A DNA stretch of 64,000 nt. It comes from a virus (lineage: Duplodnaviria > Caudoviricetes). The position numbers were made by a program, and so were the translations under genes. The DNA lies in the IMG/VR virus record IMGVR_UViG_3300023179_000065, positions 20,467 through 84,466 of that record; one strand, 5' to 3'. Positions 54,203-63,625 of this stretch are shown here, piece after piece. The notes beneath the pieces are model-generated. The model made no database searches. It had not been told where the DNA came from and saw nothing but the letters and a program-made list of their open reading frames with translations. Position 1 is the first letter of the stretch, and each line of letters starts with the position of its first letter.

Positions 54203-55335
54203 TGGCCAATAATTATATTATTTCCCCTTCGTGGCAAAACGACGTTACTGAAGCAACTACCGGTACATTGCCTACCGGTGATAATAGCAGCATGAGTAAT
54301 AATACAGTATCTGGCATGCAAAGATTACTTCAAAGAAACGCAAACGCAGGACAAACATTTCAGAATGGAATAGTATCTTCATACGATCTAATAGTATCGG
54401 GTGGGGGAATCTTTTATTATTTTGAAGGTGGGGTTCTAGCTCCTAATGGTGATATTCATTTTGTACCTCGCGAAACTCAGCGAGGACAAAAAATATCCGC
54501 TTCTGGAGTAGTTTCAACTTATAGTTTAGTGTATACTACTTATGGCGGTGCATATAGTGGCGGGGTATTAGCTCCTAATGGAGACATTCATATGATACCC
54601 TCTAGTGCAACCGTTGGCCAAAAAATATCCGCTTCTGGTGTCGTGTCAACTTATAGTTTAGTATATACTACTAATAGTGCTTATGGTGGAGGAGTTCTAG
54701 CACCTAATGGCGACATTCATTTTGTACCAAGCAATGCAAGTGTAGGCCAAAAAGTATCAGCATCTGGAGTTGTGTCAACTTATAGTTTAGTGTATACTAA
54801 TGGTAACGGTGCCTATGCTGGTGGTGTATTAGCGCCTAATGGGGATATTCATTTTGTTCCGGGAAATGCAAACCGAGGACAAAAAATAAACACTAATACA
54901 GGAGTTGTGTCTACTTATAGTATAATTGCCAACTCCTATATTGGAGGAGTTCTAGCACCTAATGGGGATATTCATTTTGTTCCGGCAAGTGCAGAACGAG
55001 GACAAAAAATATCCGCTTCTGGGGTAGTATCAACTTATAGTTTAGTGTATACAGGGTTTATAGCATATCGCGGCGGAGTATTAGCACCTAATGGGGATAT
55101 TCATTTTGTACCATATTTTACACCTGCAGGACAAAAAGTATCTGCATCAGGGGTAGTATCAACTTATAGTTTAGTTTTTACACAAGCAGCAATGCATTCA
55201 GGAGGTATTTTAGCACCTAATGGAGATATCCATTTTATACCAAATAGAGGTACACTAGGTCAAAAAATTTCAACAAACCCTGCAGAACCTTTCGGTATAG
55301 GCGTTTGCTGCTCTCCATTCTTTAATAAGTTCTAA
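54202..55335 (+). CDS. Seven-repeat beta-propeller protein 1 (putative receptor-binding)
   Basis: 7 x ~43-aa GGVLAPNGDIHF(V/I)P-x5-GQK(I/V)SASGVVSTYSLVY; ends CCSPFFNKF. Confidence 0.8.
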   Translation: MANNYIISPSWQNDVTEATTGTLPTGDNSSMSNNTVSGMQRLLQRNANAGQTFQNGIVSSYDLIVSGGGIFYYFEGGVLAPNGDIHFVPRETQRGQKISASGVVSTYSLVYTTYGGAYSGGVLAPNGDIHMIPSSATVGQKISASGVVSTYSLVYTTNSAYGGGVLAPNGDIHFVPSNASVGQKVSASGVVSTYSLVYTNGNGAYAGGVLAPNGDIHFVPGNANRGQKINTNTGVVSTYSIIANSYIGGVLAPNGDIHFVPASAERGQKISASGVVSTYSLVYTGFIAYRGGVLAPNGDIHFVPYFTPAGQKVSASGVVSTYSLVFTQAAMHSGGILAPNGDIHFIPNRGTLGQKISTNPAEPFGIGVCCSPFFNKF

Positions 55336-55337
55336 TC

Positions 55338-56459
55338 ATGCCAACATATTCTTTATCACCAGGATGGGTTTCAGAAACAAGACAAAGAGCCTGGGGAACC
55401 ATTAATACAGCAGATAATAGCACCACCACATCTAATAGCTGGTTCTATGGTATGAAAGGTATGATAGATGCAAGCGTAAATGCAGGACAAGCATTTCAGA
55501 ACGGTATAGTATCAACATATAGTTTAGTGTATACTACTCTTGGTGCATATTTAGGCGGGGTTTTAGCACCTAATGGCGATATTCATTTCGTACCATATCT
55601 GGCCACAGTAGGACAAAAAGTATCAGCCTCCGGTGTAGTATCAACTTATAGTTTAGTGTATACTGATAATAGTGCATACCAAGGTGGTGTATTAGCGCCT
55701 AATGGAGACATTCATTTTATACCAGCAAGGGCAAATAGAGGCCAAAAAATAAACACTAATACAGGAGTTGTGTCAACTTATAGTTTAGTGTATACAACTT
55801 CTAATGCATATTATGGAGGAGTACTAGCTCCTAATGGTGATATTCATTTTATACCCTATGCTGGATTAGTAGGCCAAAAAATATCCGTTTCTGGAGTAGT
55901 ATCTACTTATAGTTTAGTGTATACTACGTTTACTGGTTTATATTCTGGTGGGGTATTAGCTCCTAACGGGGATATTCATTTTATACCCTATGGTTCAGAC
56001 GCAAAAGTAGGCCAAAAAATATCCGCTTCTGGAGTTATCTCAACTTATAGTTTGGTGTATACAACTAATTCTGCATATATTGGTGGGGTATTAGCTCCTA
56101 ATGGGGACATTCATTTTATACCATATCAGGCCACAGTGGGTCAAAAAATAAACACTATTACAGGAATAGTATCAACTTATACTATTCCTGCAGGCGGCGG
56201 GTCAATCGGAGGAGTACTTGCCCCTACAGGAGAAATTTTCAGTGTTCCGAATGGCAGCAGAGGGCTTAAAATAAGTGCTAGTGGTACAGTAACCACTTAT
56301 AGTGTTATTTCCCCTAGTTATGGCGGTGGGGTCCTAGCCCCTAATGGTGACATACATTTTGTACCCTATTTTACGAGTGTAGGTCAAAAGATATCAACAC
56401 TACCGGCCATACCTTTTAATCAATCCATATGCCAGTCACCATTCTTTAATAAGTTCTAA
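55338..56459 (+). CDS. Seven-repeat beta-propeller protein 2
   Basis: Same 7 repeats; ends CQSPFFNKF. Confidence 0.8.
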   Translation: MPTYSLSPGWVSETRQRAWGTINTADNSTTTSNSWFYGMKGMIDASVNAGQAFQNGIVSTYSLVYTTLGAYLGGVLAPNGDIHFVPYLATVGQKVSASGVVSTYSLVYTDNSAYQGGVLAPNGDIHFIPARANRGQKINTNTGVVSTYSLVYTTSNAYYGGVLAPNGDIHFIPYAGLVGQKISVSGVVSTYSLVYTTFTGLYSGGVLAPNGDIHFIPYGSDAKVGQKISASGVISTYSLVYTTNSAYIGGVLAPNGDIHFIPYQATVGQKINTITGIVSTYTIPAGGGSIGGVLAPTGEIFSVPNGSRGLKISASGTVTTYSVISPSYGGGVLAPNGDIHFVPYFTSVGQKISTLPAIPFNQSICQSPFFNKF

Positions 56460-56461
56460 TA

Positions 56462-57604
56462 ATGGCTATACAGAACCGTAATTCTAACACATTTATTTCA
56501 GAGGTACAAAGCACAACACAGGGCACACTACCGGCTGCGGATAATAGTTCTATAGGTAGTGATTTAACTGCATGGAATTCATTTAAGACAATATTAGATA
56601 AATCAGTTGCAGGTGGTAGTTTGTTTAGTAGCGGTGTAGTATCAACATATAGTTTAGTGTATACAACTAATTCTGCATATGCTGGTGGAGTACTAGCACC
56701 TAATGGAGATATACATTTTATACCTAAAAATGCAACAGTAGGGCAAAAAGTATCTGCCACCGGGGTTGTATCAACTTATAGTTTAGTTTATACTACTTCT
56801 GCTGCATATATGGGGGGAGTACTAGCACCTAATGGTGATATTCATTTTATACCGTACACTGCATCAGTAGGACAAAAAATTTCCGCTTCAGGAGTAGTAT
56901 CAACTTATAGTTTAGTCTATATAGATCTATTTGCATACCAAGGAGGGGTATTAGCACCTAATGGAGAAATTCATTTTGTGCCATACCTCGCAACCGTTGG
57001 TCAAAAAATAAACACTAATACTGGAGTAGTATCAACTTATAGTCTAGTATATACAACTACTTCTGCTGCATATGCTGGTGGAGTACTAGCACCTAATGGA
57101 GATATTCATTTTATACCAAATAGTGCAAATAGAGGACAAAAGATTTCCGCATCTGGAGTAGTGTCAACTTATAGTTTAGTATATACTAAATCTGGTGCTT
57201 ATACCGGAGGTGTATTAGCTCCTAACGGGGATATTCATTTTGTACCAGACCTAGCTGCAGTAGGTCAAAAAATAAACACTATTACAGGAGTAGTTTCAAC
57301 TTATAGTTTAGTCTATACATATAAGTTTATGAGTGGGTATCGCGGAGGAGTATTAGCTCCCAACGGCGATGTTCATTTTTCCCCTGATGGTACGCCAGTG
57401 GGTCAAAAAGTATCTGCATCAGGGGTTGTATCTACATACAGCCTTATATCCACCGGCTACGGCAACTTCACCGGTGCAGTACTGGGAACTAATGGAGACA
57501 TACATTTTGTTCCTACTTATCCAGTAGGTCAAAAAATTTCAACAAATCCAGGAATCCCTTTTAATATAGGCACATGCCTGTCACCTTTTTTCAATAAATT
57601 ATAG
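56462..57604 (+). CDS. Seven-repeat beta-propeller protein 3
   Basis: Same 7 repeats; ends CLSPFFNKL. Confidence 0.8.
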   Translation: MAIQNRNSNTFISEVQSTTQGTLPAADNSSIGSDLTAWNSFKTILDKSVAGGSLFSSGVVSTYSLVYTTNSAYAGGVLAPNGDIHFIPKNATVGQKVSATGVVSTYSLVYTTSAAYMGGVLAPNGDIHFIPYTASVGQKISASGVVSTYSLVYIDLFAYQGGVLAPNGEIHFVPYLATVGQKINTNTGVVSTYSLVYTTTSAAYAGGVLAPNGDIHFIPNSANRGQKISASGVVSTYSLVYTKSGAYTGGVLAPNGDIHFVPDLAAVGQKINTITGVVSTYSLVYTYKFMSGYRGGVLAPNGDVHFSPDGTPVGQKVSASGVVSTYSLISTGYGNFTGAVLGTNGDIHFVPTYPVGQKISTNPGIPFNIGTCLSPFFNKL

Positions 57605-57616
57605 TGAGGTTTAGTA

Positions 57617-58972
57617 ATGTATAACCGTGATAAGATTATTGGTGTAATGCAAGAGATTTATGAAGGCTCAAAAGAAATAGCACCATACGTAATGGTTGCT
57701 CAGCCTAGAAGAGATCTGAACGAAACAGCAGCACAAAATTTTGATGGATACGATGGCCTTCATATTGACATGTTAGGTTTCTCACACGGCTTCTGTAATA
57801 TAGGTGGAGAAAAGGTAGACGTTGCTCGAAATTATTTAATAGAAAGAGCATTAGAGAGCGGTGCAAAGTATCTTTTATTCGTAGGTGAAGATACTGTTCT
57901 CCCGTACGATGCATTTAAGGTCCTACACGAAACAGCAGAAAAGAATCCGGGTACAGTTGTTACCGGTGTTTACTATATCAAATGCTCCGATGCCATGATT
58001 ATGGTACGAAATGGAAATTGGATCACTATTCCTAATGTAGATCCAGGGCAATTAATCACCGCCTGGCAGACAGGAATGGATGTGATGTTAATTCCTATTG
58101 ATATTTTGAAGATATTAAAAGAAGAAGATCCTGAACTACCATTCTGCTGCATTGGTAATAACATTAATGATGAGATCCCTTTTGTAGGCGAGGACAACTT
58201 CTTTGTACACAGACTACACAGATTAGGAATTAAACTTCTTGTCAACACCGATGTACAGTGTCTGCATATGGATCTTGCATCAGGCAACTATACAGCACAC
58301 CCATCAGTTGATCTTAAGAAGTACTATACCAATATTCCTATCGGCAGACCTCTTACCTTAGATGATAAAGACTATATTGACAGACGCTGGATTGATAGAT
58401 TGCCAGAAGGCAGCAACAGCGGCAAAAACAAGCTACAGGCAATTATTGATAGCGGCGAACCTCTCAAGCTTAATATCGGCTCAGGCCGCGACAAGCTAGA
58501 AGGATACATTGGCATTGATAAATATAACAAGATTGCAGACATCAACGAAGATATTTTTGATGTTAAGTTGCCTTCAGGATGTGTTGATGAGATTTTTGCT
58601 TCACACGTGATTGAGCATATACCACAGCATAGAGCTCCAGAGCTGCTAAGTAAGTGGTTAGATGCTTTGAAGCCAGAGGGCAAGCTTGTTATGGAGATGC
58701 CTAATTTAGAGGGCCTCTGTAAAGCGTTTACTGATGCTAAGACGTTTGAAGAAAGATTTAGTTTAACGTTATGCATTTATGGTGCTTTTATAGATGAAGA
58801 AAAGCCATCAGAAGAGACGTTGAAGAATGGAGTTAAGTCGCCGCATCTGTTTGGTTACTATCCAGAAGCTTTAACACTTCTTTTAACCGAATTAGGATAT
58901 AAAAACGTTCAAGTTCTACCACCTCAGGGTCAGCATCCGGGTGTTAATTTTAGAATAGAAGCAAACAAATAG
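57617..58972 (+). CDS. GT-A glycosyltransferase-like / class I SAM-methyltransferase fusion
   Basis: N-terminal half: VDVARNYL...YLLFVGEDT, GMDVMLI, GEDNFF, VQCLH (GT2-like). C-terminal half: KLNIGSG...GYIGID, VDEIFASHVIEH, LKPEGKL..EMPN (methyltransferase type 11). Confidence 0.8.
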   Translation: MYNRDKIIGVMQEIYEGSKEIAPYVMVAQPRRDLNETAAQNFDGYDGLHIDMLGFSHGFCNIGGEKVDVARNYLIERALESGAKYLLFVGEDTVLPYDAFKVLHETAEKNPGTVVTGVYYIKCSDAMIMVRNGNWITIPNVDPGQLITAWQTGMDVMLIPIDILKILKEEDPELPFCCIGNNINDEIPFVGEDNFFVHRLHRLGIKLLVNTDVQCLHMDLASGNYTAHPSVDLKKYYTNIPIGRPLTLDDKDYIDRRWIDRLPEGSNSGKNKLQAIIDSGEPLKLNIGSGRDKLEGYIGIDKYNKIADINEDIFDVKLPSGCVDEIFASHVIEHIPQHRAPELLSKWLDALKPEGKLVMEMPNLEGLCKAFTDAKTFEERFSLTLCIYGAFIDEEKPSEETLKNGVKSPHLFGYYPEALTLLLTELGYKNVQVLPPQGQHPGVNFRIEANK

Positions 58973-58980
58973 GAGTAAAA

Positions 58981-59421
58981 ATGACTTGTGAAATTTCTTT
59001 AGAAGGGCTCTTGACAGTTGGTGGAAACGAAGAAAGAGCACTCGCTGATATTAGAGTAACTTTTGACGATAAAGTCTACGACTGGAAGATTTTTATCCCC
59101 CCTGGTGCAAATCTTAACGAGTTCTTAGAGAGCTCAAAAGACAAGATTGTAGCAGAAATTGAAGCCAAAGAAGCTGAATGGGAAGCATTAGACCCAAAGA
59201 CAAGAACTTTGCAATCACCATTTGGTGAAGACATGGTTATAGATATCAACAAGGATGAAATTGTTAGACCATCTATTCCTGACTACTATGCGCAAAGAAG
59301 AAATGAGTATCCACCATTGAGCGAGCAGTTGGGTGCAATTTGGAAGGGTGAAAACTCAGAAGAATTTGCTGCTATGAAACAAAAAATTCTAGATGTAAAA
59401 GCCAAGTATCCTAAGGTATAA
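58981..59421 (+). CDS. Putative fibre assembly chaperone
   Basis: C-terminal YYAQRRNEYPPLSEQLGAIW...ILDVKAKYPK, a motif typical of fibre-adjacent small proteins; SD AGGAG. Confidence 0.65.
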   Translation: MTCEISLEGLLTVGGNEERALADIRVTFDDKVYDWKIFIPPGANLNEFLESSKDKIVAEIEAKEAEWEALDPKTRTLQSPFGEDMVIDINKDEIVRPSIPDYYAQRRNEYPPLSEQLGAIWKGENSEEFAAMKQKILDVKAKYPKV

Positions 59422-59424
59422 TCC

Positions 59425-60597
59425 ATGACCAGAAGTAGAACACTTTCAACGTTTTCAGGCTTATCAACTTTAACAGCAGGTGCTAGTAATGTTGCATATG
59501 GTAACGCTACTGTTAATACCTTTATTAACGCCACTTCTATTTCTATCAGCAACTCTACCGTTAATACTACAATTAATACATCATCGTTTGCTGCAGGTAA
59601 CACAACCGTTAATTCTGTAATTAACGCAACAAGTATTGCTATTAGAAATAGTACGTCGAATAGTGTAATTAATGCTTCTGCTTTAGTAATAGGAAATAGT
59701 ACAGTAAATACTTCTATTAGTGTTGCAAATATTTCAATAGGCAACACTACTGTTAATACTCAGATTAATGCAACTTCTTTAGCTATTAACTTTACGTCAA
59801 ACAGTCTTATAATAAACAGTACTGCATTACTAATAGGTAATTCTATATACGGTTCTTTTGCGAACAGCTCAGCCATAGGGATAAATTATGGGACTAATAG
59901 TTTTATAAACTCTACAGCGCTGTATGTATCCAACTCAGTTAGAGCAAATGCTACGCATATTATTCCTGGCGCAATCTATGCAAATAACTCTAACGGATCC
60001 TCTGGACAAGTACTTACATCAAATGGTTCGGGTATTTACTGGAGTACAGTAAGTGGCGGGGGAGGAAGTACACTGGCTATAGGAAATCTAGTATACATGA
60101 TGTGGTATAAAAGTTCTTTATCAACGTACTACTTAGCACGAGGCTGGGTATATAAAAACAATAAAGCAACGAGCCCCTCTTCTAGTACTATGTATTTTAG
60201 ACTTTATGATATCTATACTACTTCTTCTATTAACCCGTCATTTACAACTGTTGCTTCTGCTCCTATAAGTAGTTGGTCTTTTTCAGCTTTGAGTTCGAGC
60301 TATTCTGTGTTGGCGGGTAACGTACAGAGTCAACAACTATATGGTCTAGAGTTTTACAGCGGATATAATTATGCAGGCAGTGAGTCTATAATGCCTGCCA
60401 GTGTTACAGGGCCAACAGGAGCCACCACACTAAAGTACCCATCAGGAGGGCTTTCCGTTCATTCAAGCTCAGTATCAGGCTTTAATACTATATCGACTGA
60501 CCCCACCTGGGGTTACACGCCTAACAACTATATTACTACTACTTATGTATTAGATGGTACTCAAGACTCTAAGATTGCTACTTTTAATTACCCCTAA
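59425..60597 (+). CDS. Fibre protein A (paralogue of 60606)
   Basis: ~16-aa GN(S/T)TVN..IN(A/S)(T/S) repeats, GQVLTSNGSGIYW and a shared ~170-aa C-terminal domain ending TFNYP. Confidence 0.78.
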   Translation: MTRSRTLSTFSGLSTLTAGASNVAYGNATVNTFINATSISISNSTVNTTINTSSFAAGNTTVNSVINATSIAIRNSTSNSVINASALVIGNSTVNTSISVANISIGNTTVNTQINATSLAINFTSNSLIINSTALLIGNSIYGSFANSSAIGINYGTNSFINSTALYVSNSVRANATHIIPGAIYANNSNGSSGQVLTSNGSGIYWSTVSGGGGSTLAIGNLVYMMWYKSSLSTYYLARGWVYKNNKATSPSSSTMYFRLYDIYTTSSINPSFTTVASAPISSWSFSALSSSYSVLAGNVQSQQLYGLEFYSGYNYAGSESIMPASVTGPTGATTLKYPSGGLSVHSSSVSGFNTISTDPTWGYTPNNYITTTYVLDGTQDSKIATFNYP

Positions 60598-60605
60598 ACT
60601 AAATT

Positions 60606-61742
60606 ATGACAAAAAGTAGATCAGTATCTAATGTTTTATCAAGACCAGTCTCTGCAGCTATTTTAACAGGTGCAGTATCTAATACCTCTATAAATTCTAT
60701 ATCTATTAGTATAGGTAATACTGCAACAAATACTACTATTAATAATTTTTCTATTAGTTTAGGTGCAGTATCTGTAGTTAACAATACCTCTTTGTCAGTT
60801 GGGAATAACAATAGAGTAAATACATCCACTCTTGTGTATAGTGGGGATACTAACACCACCGTAAACAACTCGTTGTTAGTAGTTGGAAACTTAACTTGTA
60901 ATTCAACAAATGTTAACTTAGGTGTTGTTAGTTTAACTCATGGATATGACTCCGCTAATGGTGTTTTAATAGGTAATAACTCTTCTTATGCCATAGCTAA
61001 TAGCCTTTCGAGCGTTTTTTATAGTTGGTGTGTCGGAAACTCGTCTATACGCAGCAGACTCTCCTACGATGGAGTAACTATAAACGATACAGGCTCTCCT
61101 AAAACTACAATCGGGTATACAGTAAGCACACAAAACATCTTTGCAAATGGATCTAGTGGAACAGCTGGCCAAGTTTTATATTCAAACGGAACGGGTGTGT
61201 ATTGGGATTTACGTCCGGGAAATTTATCCATAGGCAATTTAGTCTATGTTATGTTTTATCCTTCCTTAACCGGGTCGTATTATACCATGGCCAGAGGATG
61301 GGTATATAAAAGCGGAAAAACCTCTAATATAGCTACTATTTACTTTAAATTTTATGATTATTATAGAACTACAGCTATTAATCCTTCTTGGGGCACGGTA
61401 GGTACAGCAAATAATGCATGGACAATTATGGGCACTGAAATAGCTTACAATACATTTGCCAGTGAAGTAACTAACAGACAACTTTATGGATTAGATTTTT
61501 ATAGTGGGTATAATTATGCAGGAAGTACTAGTATAATGCCTGCATTCCCTAATTCAGCATCCGGTGCAATTACACTAAAATATCCTTCTGGGGGACTAGC
61601 AGCTTATACTACATCAGTTACTAGTGGCTCAAACCCTACAACAGATAGCACTTGGGGGTATGCACCCAACAACTATATTACCTTTTCTTATTCATTAGAT
61701 GGAACTCTAGATAGTAGAATTTCTACTTTTAACTACCCTTAA
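60606..61742 (+). CDS. Fibre protein B (paralogue of 59425)
   Basis: IGNLVY.M.Y, ARGWVYK, LYGL.FYSGYNYAGS.SIMPA, TLKYPSGGL, TWGY.PNNYIT and TFNYP are shared with 59425. Confidence 0.78.
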   Translation: MTKSRSVSNVLSRPVSAAILTGAVSNTSINSISISIGNTATNTTINNFSISLGAVSVVNNTSLSVGNNNRVNTSTLVYSGDTNTTVNNSLLVVGNLTCNSTNVNLGVVSLTHGYDSANGVLIGNNSSYAIANSLSSVFYSWCVGNSSIRSRLSYDGVTINDTGSPKTTIGYTVSTQNIFANGSSGTAGQVLYSNGTGVYWDLRPGNLSIGNLVYVMFYPSLTGSYYTMARGWVYKSGKTSNIATIYFKFYDYYRTTAINPSWGTVGTANNAWTIMGTEIAYNTFASEVTNRQLYGLDFYSGYNYAGSTSIMPAFPNSASGAITLKYPSGGLAAYTTSVTSGSNPTTDSTWGYAPNNYITFSYSLDGTLDSRISTFNYP

Positions 61743-61753
61743 TAAATACTATT
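61741..61753 (+). promoter_or_regulatory. Late-promoter-like AATAAATACTATT abutting ATG 61754
   Basis: Matches the T4 late consensus except at the first base; no SD before the ATG. Confidence 0.55.
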
Positions 61754-62143
61754 ATGACAAAATTAGACACTCTTAGAGAACAAAATCCAGATCTAGAGCT
61801 ATTTCCAGATCCTGATAATATTGATCTTACAACTAAAAAGGTTGTATTATTGGAAGAGCCTGTAGTACAGAATGAAAGAATTGAGTGGGCCACTCTAGAA
61901 GATCTTACAGAAGAAGATATACATTTAAGGCTAACTGACCTAAAAAGAATTGCATATCAGAGAAGAGCTTATCTTTTCTCACAGTTAAGCTGGCGTTATG
62001 AAAGACATAGCAGAGAAGTAAGATTAAATCTTCCTACCACTGACAACTTAGATGACCTAGATAATTATGCACAAGCATTAGCAGACATCTCAAAGCAACC
62101 AGATTACCCGTATACCATTACATGGCCTCAAGAGTTAAATTAA
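61754..62143 (+). CDS. Tail fibre assembly chaperone-like protein
   Basis: RR..L.....W......LDNYAQALADISKQPDYPYTITWP C-terminal motif. Confidence 0.7.
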   Translation: MTKLDTLREQNPDLELFPDPDNIDLTTKKVVLLEEPVVQNERIEWATLEDLTEEDIHLRLTDLKRIAYQRRAYLFSQLSWRYERHSREVRLNLPTTDNLDDLDNYAQALADISKQPDYPYTITWPQELN

Positions 62144-62153
62144 AGGAATAAAC

Positions 62154-62897
62154 ATGGCTATTCCAACTTCAAGAGATGAATTTAAAGAATACTGCCTTAG
62201 AAAGTTAGGTAAGCCCGTCCTTGAGATTAACGTAGACGACGATCAGATCGACGATCGTGTAGATGAGTCACTAAAGTACTATTATGATTATCATTTTGAT
62301 GGGTCAGAAAAAATCTACTATAAGCACCTTATTACCGAACAAGATAAGGTTAACAAGTACATTACCCTACCAGAAAACATTATAGGAGCAGTAAAAATAT
62401 TCCCTATAGGTGACCCGGTAGTTGGTCATCAAGACCTATTCAATATCAGATATCAGATTGCCCTTAATGATTTGTATACTCTTACATCAGTAAGTTTAAT
62501 ACCTTTCTATATGACAATGCAACATTTGGCTCTTATACAGCAAATCATTGTTGGTCAAAAGCCTATTAGATACAATCGTCATACTAACAGATTATATGTA
62601 GATATGGATTGGAATGTTCATACTGGAGCTACTTACCTTTTAGTCGAAGCATATATGGTAGTAGACCCAGAGGTATTTACAGATGCCTGGGGTGACAGAT
62701 GGCTGCAAGAATACTGCACAGCAAAAATTAAGTATCAGTGGGGTACTAATTTAACGAAGTTTACTGGTTTAGAATTGCCTGGCGGCGTTAAGTTTAACGG
62801 AGAAAAAATATTAGATGATGCCAAGCAGGAAATTGATAAGTTAGAACAAGAAATGATTTCTAGCTACTCATTGCCGGTAATGGATATGATTGGGTAA
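62154..62897 (+). CDS. gp13: Neck protein gp13
   Basis: PTSRDEFKEYCLRKLGKPVLEINVDDDQIDDRVDE.L.YY..YHFDG...WL.EY.TA.IK.QWG.NL.KF.G..LPGGV.FNG. Confidence 0.95.
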   Translation: MAIPTSRDEFKEYCLRKLGKPVLEINVDDDQIDDRVDESLKYYYDYHFDGSEKIYYKHLITEQDKVNKYITLPENIIGAVKIFPIGDPVVGHQDLFNIRYQIALNDLYTLTSVSLIPFYMTMQHLALIQQIIVGQKPIRYNRHTNRLYVDMDWNVHTGATYLLVEAYMVVDPEVFTDAWGDRWLQEYCTAKIKYQWGTNLTKFTGLELPGGVKFNGEKILDDAKQEIDKLEQEMISSYSLPVMDMIG

Positions 62898-63625
62898 TGG
62901 CAACTAATTTTTATTTTAATAATTTTAGAAGCAGTCAGGAGCAGCTTCTAATTGAAAACTTAATAGTGGAATCTATTAAGATCTATGGTCATGAGCTTTA
63001 TTATTTACCAAGAACTAGAACAACATATGATCCAATTTATGGTGAAAGTCCTATAAGCACCTTCAATAGTGCTTATATGCTAGAGATGTATATTAAGAAT
63101 GTTGAAGGCTTTGCCGGGGAAGGGGACTTCTTATCTAAGTTTAATCTGGAGATAAGAGATAGGGTTACCTTTACTATGGCACGTAGAGTGTTTAATGAAG
63201 AGATAGGTAATATAGAAGCTCTAGTTAGACCAAGAGAAGGCGACTTGATATTTTTCCCGCTAAACAATAAGATTTTTGAAATTAAGTTTGTTGAACACGA
63301 AGCTATTTTCTATCAACTAGGCTCATTACAAACATTCGATATACAATGTGAACTGTTCGAATATAGCAACGAGATATTTAATACTGGTCTATTAGATGTT
63401 GATAATCTATATGACAACTATAGACTTGATGTTAATGCGTACTCTATTAAGTATCAAATAGGTGCAGATTATGGCTTTCTAACAGATGAGTCAGGCTTTA
63501 ATCTAATCACAGAAGGTGAAGATGTTGGTGACCTAATAGTAGATAATACATCTACTATACAAAATGAAGCTTTAGAGTTTATTGACTTTACTAGTATAGA
63601 TCCATTCAGTGAAGGCAATATTTAA
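62897..63625 (+). CDS. gp14: Neck protein gp14
   Basis: EQLLIENLIVESIKIYG..LYYLPR, GEGDFLSKF.LEIRD, RPREGDLIFFPL, FEIKFVEHE..FYQLG and DFT..DPFSE. Confidence 0.95.
   Translation: MATNFYFNNFRSSQEQLLIENLIVESIKIYGHELYYLPRTRTTYDPIYGESPISTFNSAYMLEMYIKNVEGFAGEGDFLSKFNLEIRDRVTFTMARRVFNEEIGNIEALVRPREGDLIFFPLNNKIFEIKFVEHEAIFYQLGSLQTFDIQCELFEYSNEIFNTGLLDVDNLYDNYRLDVNAYSIKYQIGADYGFLTDESGFNLITEGEDVGDLIVDNTSTIQNEALEFIDFTSIDPFSEGNI

Noticed and set aside
54202-57604. CRISPR array or diversity-generating retroelement explaining the ~130-nt periodic repeats
   Set aside because: The repeats are in-frame coding units with synonymous variation. No cas or reverse transcriptase gene and no non-coding template repeat are in the window, and the variation includes indels and non-adenine changes.
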